A stretch of DNA of 64,000 nucleotides from an uncultured Planctomycetota bacterium (GTDB lineage Bacteria > Planctomycetota > Planctomycetia > Isosphaerales > Isosphaeraceae), in assembly GCA_963823665.1 (NCBI GenBank), contig CAWGMQ010000005.1:640001-704000 (forward strand). Direction: 5' to 3'. Below are positions 1 through 14,900 of this stretch, piece by piece. A program made the position numbers and the translations under genes. Below the pieces are notes generated by a model. That model was given only the letters and a program-made list of their open reading frames with translations. It was not told the origin of the DNA and made no database searches. How positions within the stretch are numbered: position 1 is the first letter of the stretch; the number at the start of each line of letters is the position of its first letter.

Positions 1-3685
<3,685 letters not shown>

Positions 3686-3710
3686 GTCCCGCACCCAAGT
3701 TTTCACGCCG

Positions 3711-4205
3711 ATGATCGCAACAAGCATCCAGATTACACGACCGTCGGCCGGAGCCGGCTTTCGGCTCGAGGCATCGCAGTTCCTGCCTCAGCCGCGCGAC
3801 CGCATATTCGACTTTTTCTCAGATGCCTTTCAACTTGAAACACTCACGCCCTCGTGGCTCAAGTTCTCCGTGCTCACGAAAGCACCGATTCAGATCTCCG
3901 TGGGGACAACGATCGACTACAAGCTCAAGCTTCATGGCATTCCGATTCGCTGGCAGAGCCTGATCAGCGATTGGGAGCCTCCTTCACGCTTCGTCGATCG
4001 CCAGGTGCACGGCCCTTACCGCCGCTGGAACCACGAGCACATTTTTCAGCCCGTGGCAGGGGGAACTCTCTGCCTTGACGTTGTGGAATACGAAGTCATT
4101 GGGGGGAGGCTGATTCACTCACTCTTCGTCCGGCCCGATTTGCTCAAGATATTTGCGTTCCGCCAGCAAAAGCTGAACGAGGCGTTTGCAACCATCAATG
4201 AGTGA
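3711..4205 (+). CDS. SRPBCC (START-like) family protein
   Basis: In-frame ATG at 3711 within ORF 3420..4205. Motifs [34 protein letters not shown] and IFAFRQQKL. Confidence 0.85.
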   Translation: MIATSIQITRPSAGAGFRLEASQFLPQPRDRIFDFFSDAFQLETLTPSWLKFSVLTKAPIQISVGTTIDYKLKLHGIPIRWQSLISDWEPPSRFVDRQVHGPYRRWNHEHIFQPVAGGTLCLDVVEYEVIGGRLIHSLFVRPDLLKIFAFRQQKLNEAFATINE

Positions 4206-4763
4206 ACGATCGAGACCTATCGGGACAGAAGACGACGCTGAGCGCGCCAGCCAGCTGGCCGACGGTGGCCTGGGACTTGCTCGTCGTACCCCCGCCGCGC
4301 AAACCATCGTACTTGGGTTCTTCATCGCGGTATGCTTTGCCGCCGCGGGCATCGGCGCGCTCATCACAACGTCTTCGGTCGGCACCTGGTATCAAGTGCT
4401 GTCGAAGCCGGCGTGGACACCGCCCGATTGGGTCTTCGGTCCAGTGTGGACCGCACTCTACATCATGATGGCTGTCGCAGGTTGGCTCATCTGCGCGCGG
4501 GCGCCTGGACCAGCGCCCGAGCCCCGCTCTGTTGGTTCGCCGTCCAGCTCGTGCTCAACGTGGGCTGGTCGGTGCTCTTTTTCGGCTTGCGCAGCCCCGG
4601 CGTCGCCTTTCTCGAGATCCTACCGCTATGGCTCTCGATCGCCGTGATGGCTGTCTTATTTCACCGTCGCTCCAAAACCGCGGCCTTGCTTGTTGCCCCG
4701 TACCTCCTCTGGACAACATTCGCAGCATTTCTGAATTTCGCGGTCTGGAGAATGAATTCATGA
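4198..4763 (+). CDS. tspO: TspO/MBR family tryptophan-rich sensory protein (frameshift near 4495)
   Basis: N-half [25 protein letters not shown] is in ORF 4186..4647. C-half [14 protein letters not shown]...[14 protein letters not shown] is in ORF 4332..4763. Confidence 0.88.
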
Positions 4764-4796
4764 TCTCCGCCACGATCACGCCCGAAACGCCTTCTC

Positions 4797-5051
4797 ATGA
4801 TATCGCGAGGAGCCGACCGCTCCGCGCCTGAATCAAACGAACGGTCCGGTTACATTCGCACCGGCGCACTTGCGCTGATGCATGTGGTATGCTTCGGCGT
4901 AATTTGGGTCGGCATGAGCCTTGGCTGTACGGCTTCGGTGCTCGTCGCTCTGACAAAGCTCGGGCTGGTCTGGGATCTCAGGCCCGTGCCGGAACATGTC
5001 TTGCACGAAGCTCGCCGACTCTCGCGGACCCAGCGCGCGTCGTCAAATTGA
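4797..5051 (+). pseudogene. Internally deleted acyl-CoA (delta-9-type) desaturase remnant
   Basis: LMHVVCFGVIWVG resembles the first TM segment, and LTKLGLVWDLRPVP the C-terminus, of bacterial acyl-CoA desaturases. The His-box core between them is absent. Confidence 0.55.
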
Positions 5052-5061
5052 AAAACCCCGG

Positions 5062-6585
5062 ATGATCAATCAACGGCTGCATCTCCTTCGCATCGCGAAT
5101 TGCAACACACAGCCACTGCGTGCCAGCGGGCAGTACGTGCTTTACTGGATGATCGCCTTTCGCCGGATGGAATGGAATTTCAGCCTCGACCGTGCACTCG
5201 AATGGGCCATCGAGCTCGACCGGCCACTTGTGATCTTTGAACCACTGCGCGCTGGGTATCGCTGGGCGAGCGAGCGATTGCATCGCTTTGTAATCGATGG
5301 CATGGCCGACAACACCGCACGAATCGCCAGCCTGCACAGTCCGGGAGTCTTCTATTATCCCTACGTCGAACCCGCACCCGACGCCGGCCATGGCCTGCTC
5401 GAAGCGCTGGCAACGCACGCCTGTCTGGTCGTGACCGATGATTATCCTGCGTTCTTCTTGCCACGCATGGTCAAGGCGGCTTCAACACGGCTGAACGTGC
5501 TGGTCGAGAAAGTTGATTCGAACGGTTTGCTGCCACTCCGAGCGGCCTCGCGCGCATTTGAGACCGCTTTCTCGTTTCGCGCATTCTTGCAGAAGGAGCT
5601 GCCGGCACACTTGATGATCACTCCGAACGCCGACCCGTTCACCGGAATCATGCTGCCGCAGATCAACTTGCTTCCGGATCGAATCCTGGAACGCTGGCCC
5701 GCCGTATCACCGAGTCTGCTCCGTGGTGGCCCAAACACGCTCGCGCATCTACCCGTCGACCACGCCATCACCGTCGTGGATGATCGCGGAGGGCCCGTCG
5801 CTGCGGCGAAGCGGCTCAAAGACTTCCTCAACCGCTCCCTGAACGACTATGCCAAGCATGCAAACCAGCCGGACGACAACGCGAGGAGCGGACTGTCTTC
5901 GTATTTGCATTTCGGCCATATCTCGACCCACCAGATTTTTCACGAGCTGATGGAGCACGAGAACTGGTCGCCCGACAAGCTGCCCAAGAAGTCTGCCGGC
6001 AAGCGCCAGGGCTGGTGGAATGCCTCCCCCTCCGCAGAAATGTGGCTGGACGAATTCGTCACCTGGCGCGAGCTCGGCTATAACATGGCCGCGAATCGCG
6101 ATGACTATGATCGGTACGACTCCCTGCCCGATTGGTCGAAGGCAACGCTCAAGAAACATGTGCGCGACCGGCGCGAATTCGTCTATTCTCTCGATCAATT
6201 CGCTGCTGCAGACACCCACGACGAGCTCTGGAACGCGGCCCAGCGCCAGCTGGTGCGTGAAGGCCGCATCCACAACTACCTGCGAATGCTCTGGGGCAAG
6301 AAGATCCTCGAATGGACAAGGGCGCCGCGCGAGGCGATCGAAGTGATGGTCGAGCTCAACAACCGCTTCGCGATCGACGGCCGCGACCCTAACTCCTACA
6401 GCGGAATCTTCTGGTGCCTCGGCCGCTATGATCGGCCCTGGGGACCGGAGCGCCCGATCTTCGGAACCGTAAGGTACATGAGTTCCGAGAACACCCAGAG
6501 AAAGCTTCGAGTCAAGGAGTATCTGCGCAGATTTGGTCCGTCGGCTGATGACGATCCCCGACCTGAAAGAACCCGCACCAACTGA
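5062..6585 (+). CDS. Deoxyribodipyrimidine photolyase, class II CPD type
   Basis: Motifs YVLYWM, SGLSSYLHFGHIS, GRIHNYLRMLWGKKILEW and DGRDPNSYSGIFWCLGRYDRPWGPERPIFGTVRYM. Confidence 0.92.
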   Translation: MINQRLHLLRIANCNTQPLRASGQYVLYWMIAFRRMEWNFSLDRALEWAIELDRPLVIFEPLRAGYRWASERLHRFVIDGMADNTARIASLHSPGVFYYPYVEPAPDAGHGLLEALATHACLVVTDDYPAFFLPRMVKAASTRLNVLVEKVDSNGLLPLRAASRAFETAFSFRAFLQKELPAHLMITPNADPFTGIMLPQINLLPDRILERWPAVSPSLLRGGPNTLAHLPVDHAITVVDDRGGPVAAAKRLKDFLNRSLNDYAKHANQPDDNARSGLSSYLHFGHISTHQIFHELMEHENWSPDKLPKKSAGKRQGWWNASPSAEMWLDEFVTWRELGYNMAANRDDYDRYDSLPDWSKATLKKHVRDRREFVYSLDQFAAADTHDELWNAAQRQLVREGRIHNYLRMLWGKKILEWTRAPREAIEVMVELNNRFAIDGRDPNSYSGIFWCLGRYDRPWGPERPIFGTVRYMSSENTQRKLRVKEYLRRFGPSADDDPRPERTRTN

Positions 6586-6899
6586 ACGCCATCCTCGCCG
6601 CAATCACGAGCGGACTGGCCCCCAACCGGTAGCGTGAGCAACGGCCCGCCGGGGCGCTCAGCAGACTCTTCCAGCGAGAAGTGAATCTCCATTACCGTCA
6701 ACACCGATCGAGAGTTCACATCATCACAAGCGATGTAATAGCAGTAGCCTCGTTCAGCGTCATCGTCAGGAGCGCTTCGGTATTCGCACCGGCGTTCACC
6801 CCGCTGAAATGCTCCGCCGAAAGTGGAGCAAGCAGCGCCTTGGTGATTTCCTTCCCTTCGCGCGATTACCGAACCTTCCCTCCGGCCTCCGGCGGCGAG

Positions 6900-7381
6900 T
6901 CACTCCGAATCGCTCCTCCGCCCCAAACTGTTGATCGTGCTGGCCGTCGCGTAGATCAGGTCTGGCATCACAGGTCCATCGGTTCGATACGCGCCGGTGC
7001 CTCCCTGATACTTGCGCCCCTGCGACCATCCCAGGATCATGCGGCGACGGAATTTTCGGCTGCCCGTTTCATCCCACCCCCATGTGCCGTCGATCGCGCG
7101 CCGGCCCTCGCCGCGGCCGTACGGAACACCCCCGCCGACATAGTAGCCAATCCCACCCGCGGTCCGGCTCGTTTCCAGATGCCCCGACAGCGACCGTGGG
7201 TAGCCGTGCGCTCGTCCGTGTGCGGGATCCATCGCGGCTTCCCCGGAGGAGGCGTTCCTTCTTTTTTCTGGAAGTGCCGCTCGAAGAAGTTCGGATGCTC
7301 ATCCTGTCCATCCGCGCACTCGACGCCAGGGCCGATCGCAACCAAGCCGGCGGCGCCAAGCATCACAAAATATCTGTACAT
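6900..7381 (-). CDS. Secreted hypothetical protein (frameshift near 7205)
   Basis: Signal-peptide-like N-terminus in ORF 7037..7381 continues in ORF 6900..7232 (GYYVGGG...GTWGWD...YQGGTGAYRTDG). Lies 25 nt downstream of the heme-binding gene in the same orientation. Confidence 0.6.
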
Positions 7382-7406
7382 TAGCGGTCTCCGACATTCG
7401 GATCAG

Positions 7407-9533
7407 TTACTTCCGCGGCGCAGGTAGCGGCGGCTTGATTGGCGCGAGCGAAACCGGCGATCGATTGGCCGGCAAGTGTGGATTACGGTTGTACTTGAAA
7501 TACGGCAGACGAATTCCCCGAACTTTCACCTGGTCAGCCCGCTTGATCGTTCGCGGCGGTCCGTATGCCATCGACGCAACCGAAGTGACGTCGTCGTCCT
7601 GGAGCACCCCGTCGCCGCTGACCCCGAGCCCGCCGACGAGCTCGTTTCGCAACGCGCCGCCGTTCGTGTCCTTGTACAAGGGAGCGCTGCCGGGAAAGAG
7701 CACCACGCCGTTCTGGTTGTACATATTTGCGGAAGTAATTACTTGATGGAAATTCGTGTTGGGGTTGAAGTCGTTGTAGCCTTGAATGCTCTGGAAAGCC
7801 TTGGCCGGCAGGGGCGCGCCCTTGTTCGTTGCAAATTTCGTCACGCCGCCGTCGGTGAGGATCGAGCCCGGACCGGGGGGATCGGTGTCGATGCCCTCGG
7901 GGAAGAACGGCAACGAGAGGTAGCGGAAAGTGCGGGCAGTGAGTGCGGTGCCCGCGGGGACGCCTTTGATCTTGTCGATTGGCTGGAGCTGGCTGGCATT
8001 ATCGTAGTAGGCCAAATTGCGAGCCTTGGCAACAGCCACTCCGATGGAGAAATAGGTCGCATCAGGCATCCGGTAGAGGCCCAGGATATTGCCATTCTCG
8101 TCGCTGACGGCGAAGACCATCTTCGCCGGGACGTTCAGTGGCGTGCGGATCTGCGAACGGATACTGTCGGCCTCGGCGATTCCCCGCGCAACGATCGCCT
8201 CCACGTCCGCCGCAGTCAGGTTATCCCCTGGCATGGTGTGCGGTGTCACCAGCCAACCGTACGGTACTCCTTGACCGGCGAGCAGCGTGTCGTTCGCCGC
8301 ATCGACCGGCTCGTTGGTGCCGTCATTCGGATTCCCCACGCCGAGCGTTGCTCCGAAGGTCAACAAGTGATTGAGCCCTTCCAATCCGCCAGGTCCGAAC
8401 AAGTTGAGGGTGATGCCTGCAAGATCGATCCGGCCGAAAGGCTCGGTGAAGTTCGGCAGCGCCGGCGCGCCGTTGATCGGGCCGTTGAATGGAACGCCGG
8501 CCATCTTGCTCCCACCCGCGGCCACGAACGCCATGTATTCGCCGATTTGCGCGTAGTCGGGCTTCTTGTGATTGGTGACGAGCGGTGTGTTGAGAGGTGA
8601 ATTCTCTTCCGTCGCAAATCCGGTCGTACCCGGAAAGAAGACCCCGATCCCGCCCACTTCAGCGGGTTTTCCGTCGGGCTGTAGCTTGTACAGCGGCACA
8701 CCGCCGGGCAAGGTCGCGATTCCTCGGGCCTGTGCCGTGGGCAGGATCCCGGTCACCTGTCCATAGGACTCCGGCGCAACCAGGTTGCCGCCTGCCGGAA
8801 TGTACTGCGCCGGTACGTTGAACCGTGTACCCGTCAACGGGCTGATGCTGTCGCGGTTGGTGCTCTCGATGTCGTACAGGTCGACTTGCGGCGTGAACAT
8901 GATACCTGGCGGAAAATGGCCCTTGATCCCCACCGGCGCCACGAATCCCGGTCCATAGAGCGTCGAGTTGCCGTTGTCGCTAGGTACGTCCGGATTGGAA
9001 TCCACCTCACGCTGCGTGATGGTGGTTTGACTGATTTGCTGGATCGTGCGCGATGTCAAGGGCGCCTGGTCATTCCCGAAGTATGCCCCCGTGCGCGCCA
9101 GCGAGACGGCGCCGTCAATCGCGAAAACTTTGTTGACTGTGTTGTTGGTGATTTCGCTCGACACCCCGCTCTCGACGCGCACGCCGAGAATCGTGCCATT
9201 CCTGTCCACCACGGCGATGATGGCGTTATTCACGCCGGCGGCGGCCGCGGCTCGCTGGAGGAGTGTGCTCACATCCTGCTTAGTCAACACTTGATCAGCC
9301 ATTGGCGGAGCCAGCGGGTTGTCGGGATTCGTCGGGTCGTAACCGTGCACCCCGGAGGCGATCAGCGCCCCGCTCGTGATCGCTTGCCGTTTGGCGGCCG
9401 CGCGCGCTGCTTGTTCCTTGGCGGCAGAAGACGCGCTCAACAGCTCCCGCCGTTCGAGGCAGCCGACTCCAGGAACGAGTGCGCGATCGCGCCGCGCTCC
9501 GACGCGCGCTCTGCGGAATGCCGACCACCCCAT
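7407..9533 (-). CDS. Secreted tandem GlcG/HbpS-family heme-binding protein with LEPR-xLL N-terminal motif
   Basis: Basic N-terminus plus CLERRELLSA. Two GlcG/HbpS-like domains: IAVVDRNGTIL...AVSLARTGAYF...LPGGVPLY...GGIGV and FAVSDENGNILGLYRM...AVAKARNLAY...FPGSAPLY...GGLGVSGDG. Start placed at ATG 9533. Confidence 0.78.
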   Translation of the reverse strand: MGWSAFRRARVGARRDRALVPGVGCLERRELLSASSAAKEQAARAAAKRQAITSGALIASGVHGYDPTNPDNPLAPPMADQVLTKQDVSTLLQRAAAAAGVNNAIIAVVDRNGTILGVRVESGVSSEITNNTVNKVFAIDGAVSLARTGAYFGNDQAPLTSRTIQQISQTTITQREVDSNPDVPSDNGNSTLYGPGFVAPVGIKGHFPPGIMFTPQVDLYDIESTNRDSISPLTGTRFNVPAQYIPAGGNLVAPESYGQVTGILPTAQARGIATLPGGVPLYKLQPDGKPAEVGGIGVFFPGTTGFATEENSPLNTPLVTNHKKPDYAQIGEYMAFVAAGGSKMAGVPFNGPINGAPALPNFTEPFGRIDLAGITLNLFGPGGLEGLNHLLTFGATLGVGNPNDGTNEPVDAANDTLLAGQGVPYGWLVTPHTMPGDNLTAADVEAIVARGIAEADSIRSQIRTPLNVPAKMVFAVSDENGNILGLYRMPDATYFSIGVAVAKARNLAYYDNASQLQPIDKIKGVPAGTALTARTFRYLSLPFFPEGIDTDPPGPGSILTDGGVTKFATNKGAPLPAKAFQSIQGYNDFNPNTNFHQVITSANMYNQNGVVLFPGSAPLYKDTNGGALRNELVGGLGVSGDGVLQDDDVTSVASMAYGPPRTIKRADQVKVRGIRLPYFKYNRNPHLPANRSPVSLAPIKPPLPAPRK

Positions 9534-9933
9534 CGCTTTAGGTCGCCTCCATGGCCTTGATTCCTCATCGATTGAAGGCACACAGTGACGCATGAACACG
9601 AGGGAACCAACCCGCGTTTCGCGAGCGATTGCGCAAGGGTTCTTCTTCCCCCCCAACACCCTTTGATCGACACGCTTCGCTGCCCGCCATGATCATTTTT
9701 TCCCGGAGATCTGTCGTAGTCGGAATAATCACTCGATTTAGCCTAATCGACAGAATCGTCAATGTGCCGACTTAACGCGGCCGATTTCTGATGGACAGCG
9801 TAACGCACGTCTTTCGGGTTGCGCCCGCTCGTGGTGGAGCGACGACAATCCTCTCTCTCACAATCCAATCACTCATCGGCCACACGTCATTCACGACCTC
9901 GTTCCCGTGGAACGGGGCGAGGGCCTGTTCTTG

Positions 9934-11804
9934 ATGGGTCTGCCCAAGTTAAGTCAACGCTTGGTCTGGGTCGCGCTGGCAGCCGTGCCGATTTTCGGCT
10001 GGTGCTGCGCGCTAGCGCGCGCGCAGGACGACGAGATCTCACCACGACCGAGCATGCTTGCGCGCCGATCGACGCGGCGCGACCCGAGAGTCGGCTTCCA
10101 TCGCTCTTTCACTCGGAACCGCTGTTCCAGTTTCCCGACGACCCGCCCATCGGCTACACCGGTCCTTCGGGCGTCATGCCGACGGAGGTCCAGGAATCGG
10201 ACCATTTCGTTCCGGTCGAAGATCGCTGGCGCATGGGCTACCCCGCCTGGGACCGGTATGGCAAGGGCCATCCAATCACCGATGACTACCCGTATAGCGC
10301 CGGACGCTGGTTCGATCCGTACAACCAGAATGTGTTCAAGGGCGATTATCCGATCATCGGCCAGCATACGTTTCTCGATATCACATCCGTCGCCAACCTC
10401 GACTTTGAAGCAAGGCAGGTCCCCACCCAGACCACGCCGTTCGAGAGCACCGAACGCCCGTTCTCCGGGAACTTCTTCGGTCGGCCCAACAGCTTCTTCA
10501 CACTCGATTTCTTCTCGATCGCGTTTGATTTGTTTCACGGCGATGCGGCCTTCAAGCCGGTCGACTGGCGCATCAAGCTGACGCCGACCTTGGGCGTCAG
10601 CAACTTTTCGTTCAGCGAACTGGCGCAGACCAGCCCGAACGTCGCCCAAGGCACGATCCGTACGCGAGAAGTGTGGGCGCTTCAAGAAGCGTTCGTCGAG
10701 TACAAGCTCGCCGACTTCGGACCCGACTATGACTTCGTCTCCATTCGCGCGGGCACTCAGCCATTCAACGCCGACTTCCGAGGGTTCCTGTTCTTCGACC
10801 AGAACCGGGCCATCCGGCTCTTCGGCACAAACTTCTCGAATCGCGATCAGTTCAACATCGTGTATTTCCGTCAGTGGGAAAAAGACACGAACACCGGCCT
10901 CAACACGTTCAACGATCGCCGCCAGAATCTCGTGTTCATGAATTATTACCGGCAAGACTTCATCTTCCCCGGCTACACGGCCCAGGTGAGCCTGAATTAC
11001 GACAACGACCCCGCGTCGATCAAGTATGACAAGAACCGCTTCCTGGTACGTCCCGATGCCGATGGCGATTTTCAACCCCACTCGGTCAACGTGGGCTATT
11101 TCGGCTGGGCTGGCGACGGGCACTGGGGCCGCTATAACCTCACGCACCAGTTCTACTGGGCATTCGGCTATGACAGCTTGAACCCGCTGGCCAATCGGCC
11201 GCAAATCATCAATGCTCAGATGGCCGCGATCGAGGGCTCGTACGACCGCGACTGGGTGCGGTTTCGGCTCTCCTTCTTCTGGGCTTCCGGCGACGGCAAC
11301 ATCAACGGCACACATGCCACCGGCTTTGATACGATCCTCGATCAGCCCAACTTCGCCGGCGGCGGCTTCAGCTACTGGAACCGTCAGCAGATTGGCCTTC
11401 AAGGCGTGAATCTCGTCCAGCGGCTCAGTCTCGTGCCCGACCTTCGGTCGAGCAAGATTCAAGGCCAGGCAAACTTCGTCAATCCCGGACTGATACTTCC
11501 GACCTTCGGCATGGATTTCGAGGTTACTGCCAAGACGAAGCTGATCACCAATTTCAACCTGCTCTGGTTCGACAAGACGAATGTCTTGCAACAATTTCTC
11601 TATCAGGGAAACATCGATCGATTCATTGGCGGCGATATTGGCTTCGGCCTCGAGCACCGGCCTCTCTTGAGCGAAAACGTGCTCTTTGTCGGCGGCGTTC
11701 AGATGCTGATCCCGGGGCAAGGATTCCGGGATATCTACGACAGCTTCAACGGCCGGGTTAACGCCCTGGTCGCCGGCTTCATCAACGTTGTCTTCACGTT
11801 CTAG
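9934..11804 (+). CDS. Probable outer-membrane beta-barrel protein (frameshift near 10060)
   Basis: Signal peptide ending ALARA-QD in ORF 9907.. joins ORF 9819..11804. Aromatic-rich amphipathic strands (LQEAFVEYKL, FVSIRAGTQPF, VRFRLSFFWASGD) and a C-terminal INVVFTF with terminal Phe. Confidence 0.7.
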
Positions 11805-11910
11805 AACTCGATCTTGACGAGTTTGGCTCTCCGGGCTACGGTCTCGCCGCTTCGGTCTGACTCCGCGCACCGCGACCGGTGCTTCACGTCGAGGAGGAGG
11901 TTGGCCTTTC

Positions 11911-14900
11911 ATGCCGAGATTCTCCGCGGGTGCGTCATCGCGCCTGCGAGCAACCCATGCGCTGCCGCTGGCGACCTTCATGCTGCTGGCCGTCCTCTTC
12001 GGCACACCTGGCCGTCACGATGGCGGAGCCGCGCGCGCTCAGTCGGCTGGCGGGGCGCAGGCACCGGGCGCTTCCACGCCCACCCGGCAACCGGCGAGCG
12101 AGCCGTTCCCCGTGCCCGAAGAGCTACGCGGCCTCGATCTCTCGCGACAAACCCCCGAAGCCGCGGCGGCCAAGAGCGCCGGCTGCGTCGCGTGCCACCA
12201 AGGACAGCACGACCCGCACTCGAAACCCGAAACCCTCAGGCTCGGTTGTGTCGACTGCCACGGCGGAAACCCTCAAGCCGCTGACCAGCAAACAGCTCAC
12301 GTCTGGCCCCGGTTTCCCGACGCGTGGAGAAGCGCGGCCAACCCCGTCCGTTCCTACACACTCTTGAACCACGAAAACCCCGAGTTCATCCGGTTCGTCA
12401 ATCCCGGCGACCTTCGGGTCGCCCACCTGAGCTGCGGCACCACCAGCTGCCACGCCGATCAGGTGCTGCAGGTGCGCACGAGCATGATGACTCATGGAGC
12501 CATGCTCTGGGGCGCCGCGCTTTTAACAATGGCTCCGTCCCGTTCAAGCGGGCCCGCTATGGCCAGAGCTACAGCATGAACGGAGCACCGCAGCGGCTCC
12601 AGACCGCCCCTCCGCCTACTCAATTCGAGATGGAACACAAGGGAGTCGTGCCGTTCCTCGACCCCCTGCCCCGTTTTGAGGCCTCCCAGCCCGGAAACGT
12701 CTTGCGCATCTTCGAGCGCGGCCGGCGCGACCCGCAGGAAGTCGGCATCCCCAACCCGCTCGAAGACCCCGGCAAGCCTCGCGCCGGCTTGAGCGCACGC
12801 GGCCTGGGAACCAAGAACCGCACTGATCCCGTTTTCGTCGGCCTTCAGAAGACACGGCTCTTCGACCCGACGCTGAACTTCCTCGGAACGAATGATCATC
12901 CCGGCGACTATCGCTCTAGCGGCTGCACAGCGTGCCACGTGATCTATGCCAACGACCGCTCGAGGGTCAACTCCGGGCCGTATGCCCGCTTCGGCAATCA
13001 AGGACTGTCCTTTCAAGCCGACCCCACAATCCCCCGCAATGAGCCCGGCCATCCCATCAAACACGAGTTCTCAGTGGGGGTTCCCACCAGCCAGTGCATC
13101 GTCTGCCACATTCACCCCGGTACGAATGTGCTCAATTCCTACACAGGTTATATGTGGTGGGATGAGGAAACCGACGGCGAGCTGATGTACCCGAGGGAGC
13201 AGAAATACCCCACCGCGGAAGAATTCACGCTCACGAACATGTCGAACCCGGACGAGAACCGCGGCACGCGGAAACTGGTCGGATCCAGCGTTCCTCGCCC
13301 GCCTCGCCGAACTCAATCCCCAGGCACGACACACCCAGTTCGCAGATTTTCACGGGCACGGCTGGGTGTTCCGGGCCGTCTACAAGAAAGACCGGCATGG
13401 CAAGCTGCTCGACCACCGAGGCGAAGAAGTTGTCAATGATTCCACGGCCGCGCTCATGGCGGCCGTCGCACTACCTGCCGAGCAGAAGGAACGATATCGC
13501 ACCGGTAACGCCGCGGCCGTACAGAGAGCCTCGTTCGAACGCGCCGAGTCGAAACGCGACGGCCTGCCGGTGCACCAGCTCGATATCCACCTCGAGAAAG
13601 GAATGCATTGCGTCGACTGTCATTTCATTCAGGACGCCCACGGCAACACCAAACTCTATGGCGAGGTTCGCGCGGCCATTGAGATTCAGTGCGTCGACTG
13701 CCACGGCTCTCCCGGCCAGCGCGCGACCCTCATGACCAGCGGCCCCGCTTCCGACACCTCCGCCGCCGAATCCGGCAAGGAGGGCCGTGATCTCACCGTG
13801 TTCCGCACCCCGTTCCGACAGCGGAGATTCGAGCGGCGTGGCGATAAGATCATCCAGCGCTCCATGGTTGAATGCGACCTCGAGTGGGAGATCACCCAGG
13901 TCGCCGATACGATCAACCCTCGCTCCGAGCACTACAACGAGCGCGCAGCCCTGGCCAAAACCGTCCGCTTCGAGAATGACCAGATGGTGTGGGGCGACGT
14001 TCCGAAAGATGGTGAAAAGGCCTGCGCGCACGCCAGCGCCAAGATGAGCTGCATCGCCTGCCACTCGGCCTGGAACCCGAGCTGTTTCGGCTGCCACCTC
14101 CCCCAGCGCGCCAATCGCAAGATGCCGCAGCTCCACAATGAGGGAGATGTCACCCGCAATTATGTTTCCTATAACTTCCAGACGCTGCGCGACGACGTGT
14201 TCATGCTGGCGAAGGACGGCGACGCAACCGCCAACCGCATCGGTCCGGCCCGCTCGTCGTGCGCGATCCACGTGGGCTCGTACAACCAGAATCGCGAGTC
14301 GATCTACGTTCAGCAGCAAACGATCTCCGGCGACGGCATGTCGGGAATCGCGTTTAGCACCAACGTGCCCCATACCGTCAGAGGCGGCCCGCCGCTCATC
14401 CACGATCCGGAACACGCCCAGAATCCCAAGAACGGCCGGCCGCCTAACCCGGGTGCTTATCTGCCGGGCCACTCCGACACCAAGATGTGCACCGACTGTC
14501 ATCTCTCGAAAAACGGCGACAATAACGCCGTCATGGCCCAACTTCTGATGCAGGGCACAAACTATGTGAATTTTATCGGGCGCTACTGCTGGGTCACGGC
14601 GGGCGACCACGGCCTGGCGGCGGTTGTGGTCACCGAGCGCGATGAGCCGCAGGCCGTCATCGGCAGCTCGCTGCACCAGCTTGCTTATCCTGATAATTAC
14701 AACAAGCACCTTCAGGCTGAAGGCAAGCTGAAACACTCGCACGAGCACTCGGGCCGCGACGTCGCCGAGCGCATCCGGCGTCCGGAGATCCTTTCGATTC
14801 AAGCACGCGGAGAATACCTCTACGCCGCCTGCGGCGAGTCCGGCCTGCGCGTCTTTGACATCGCATTCATCGACCACAAAGGCTTCTCCGAGCGAATTGT

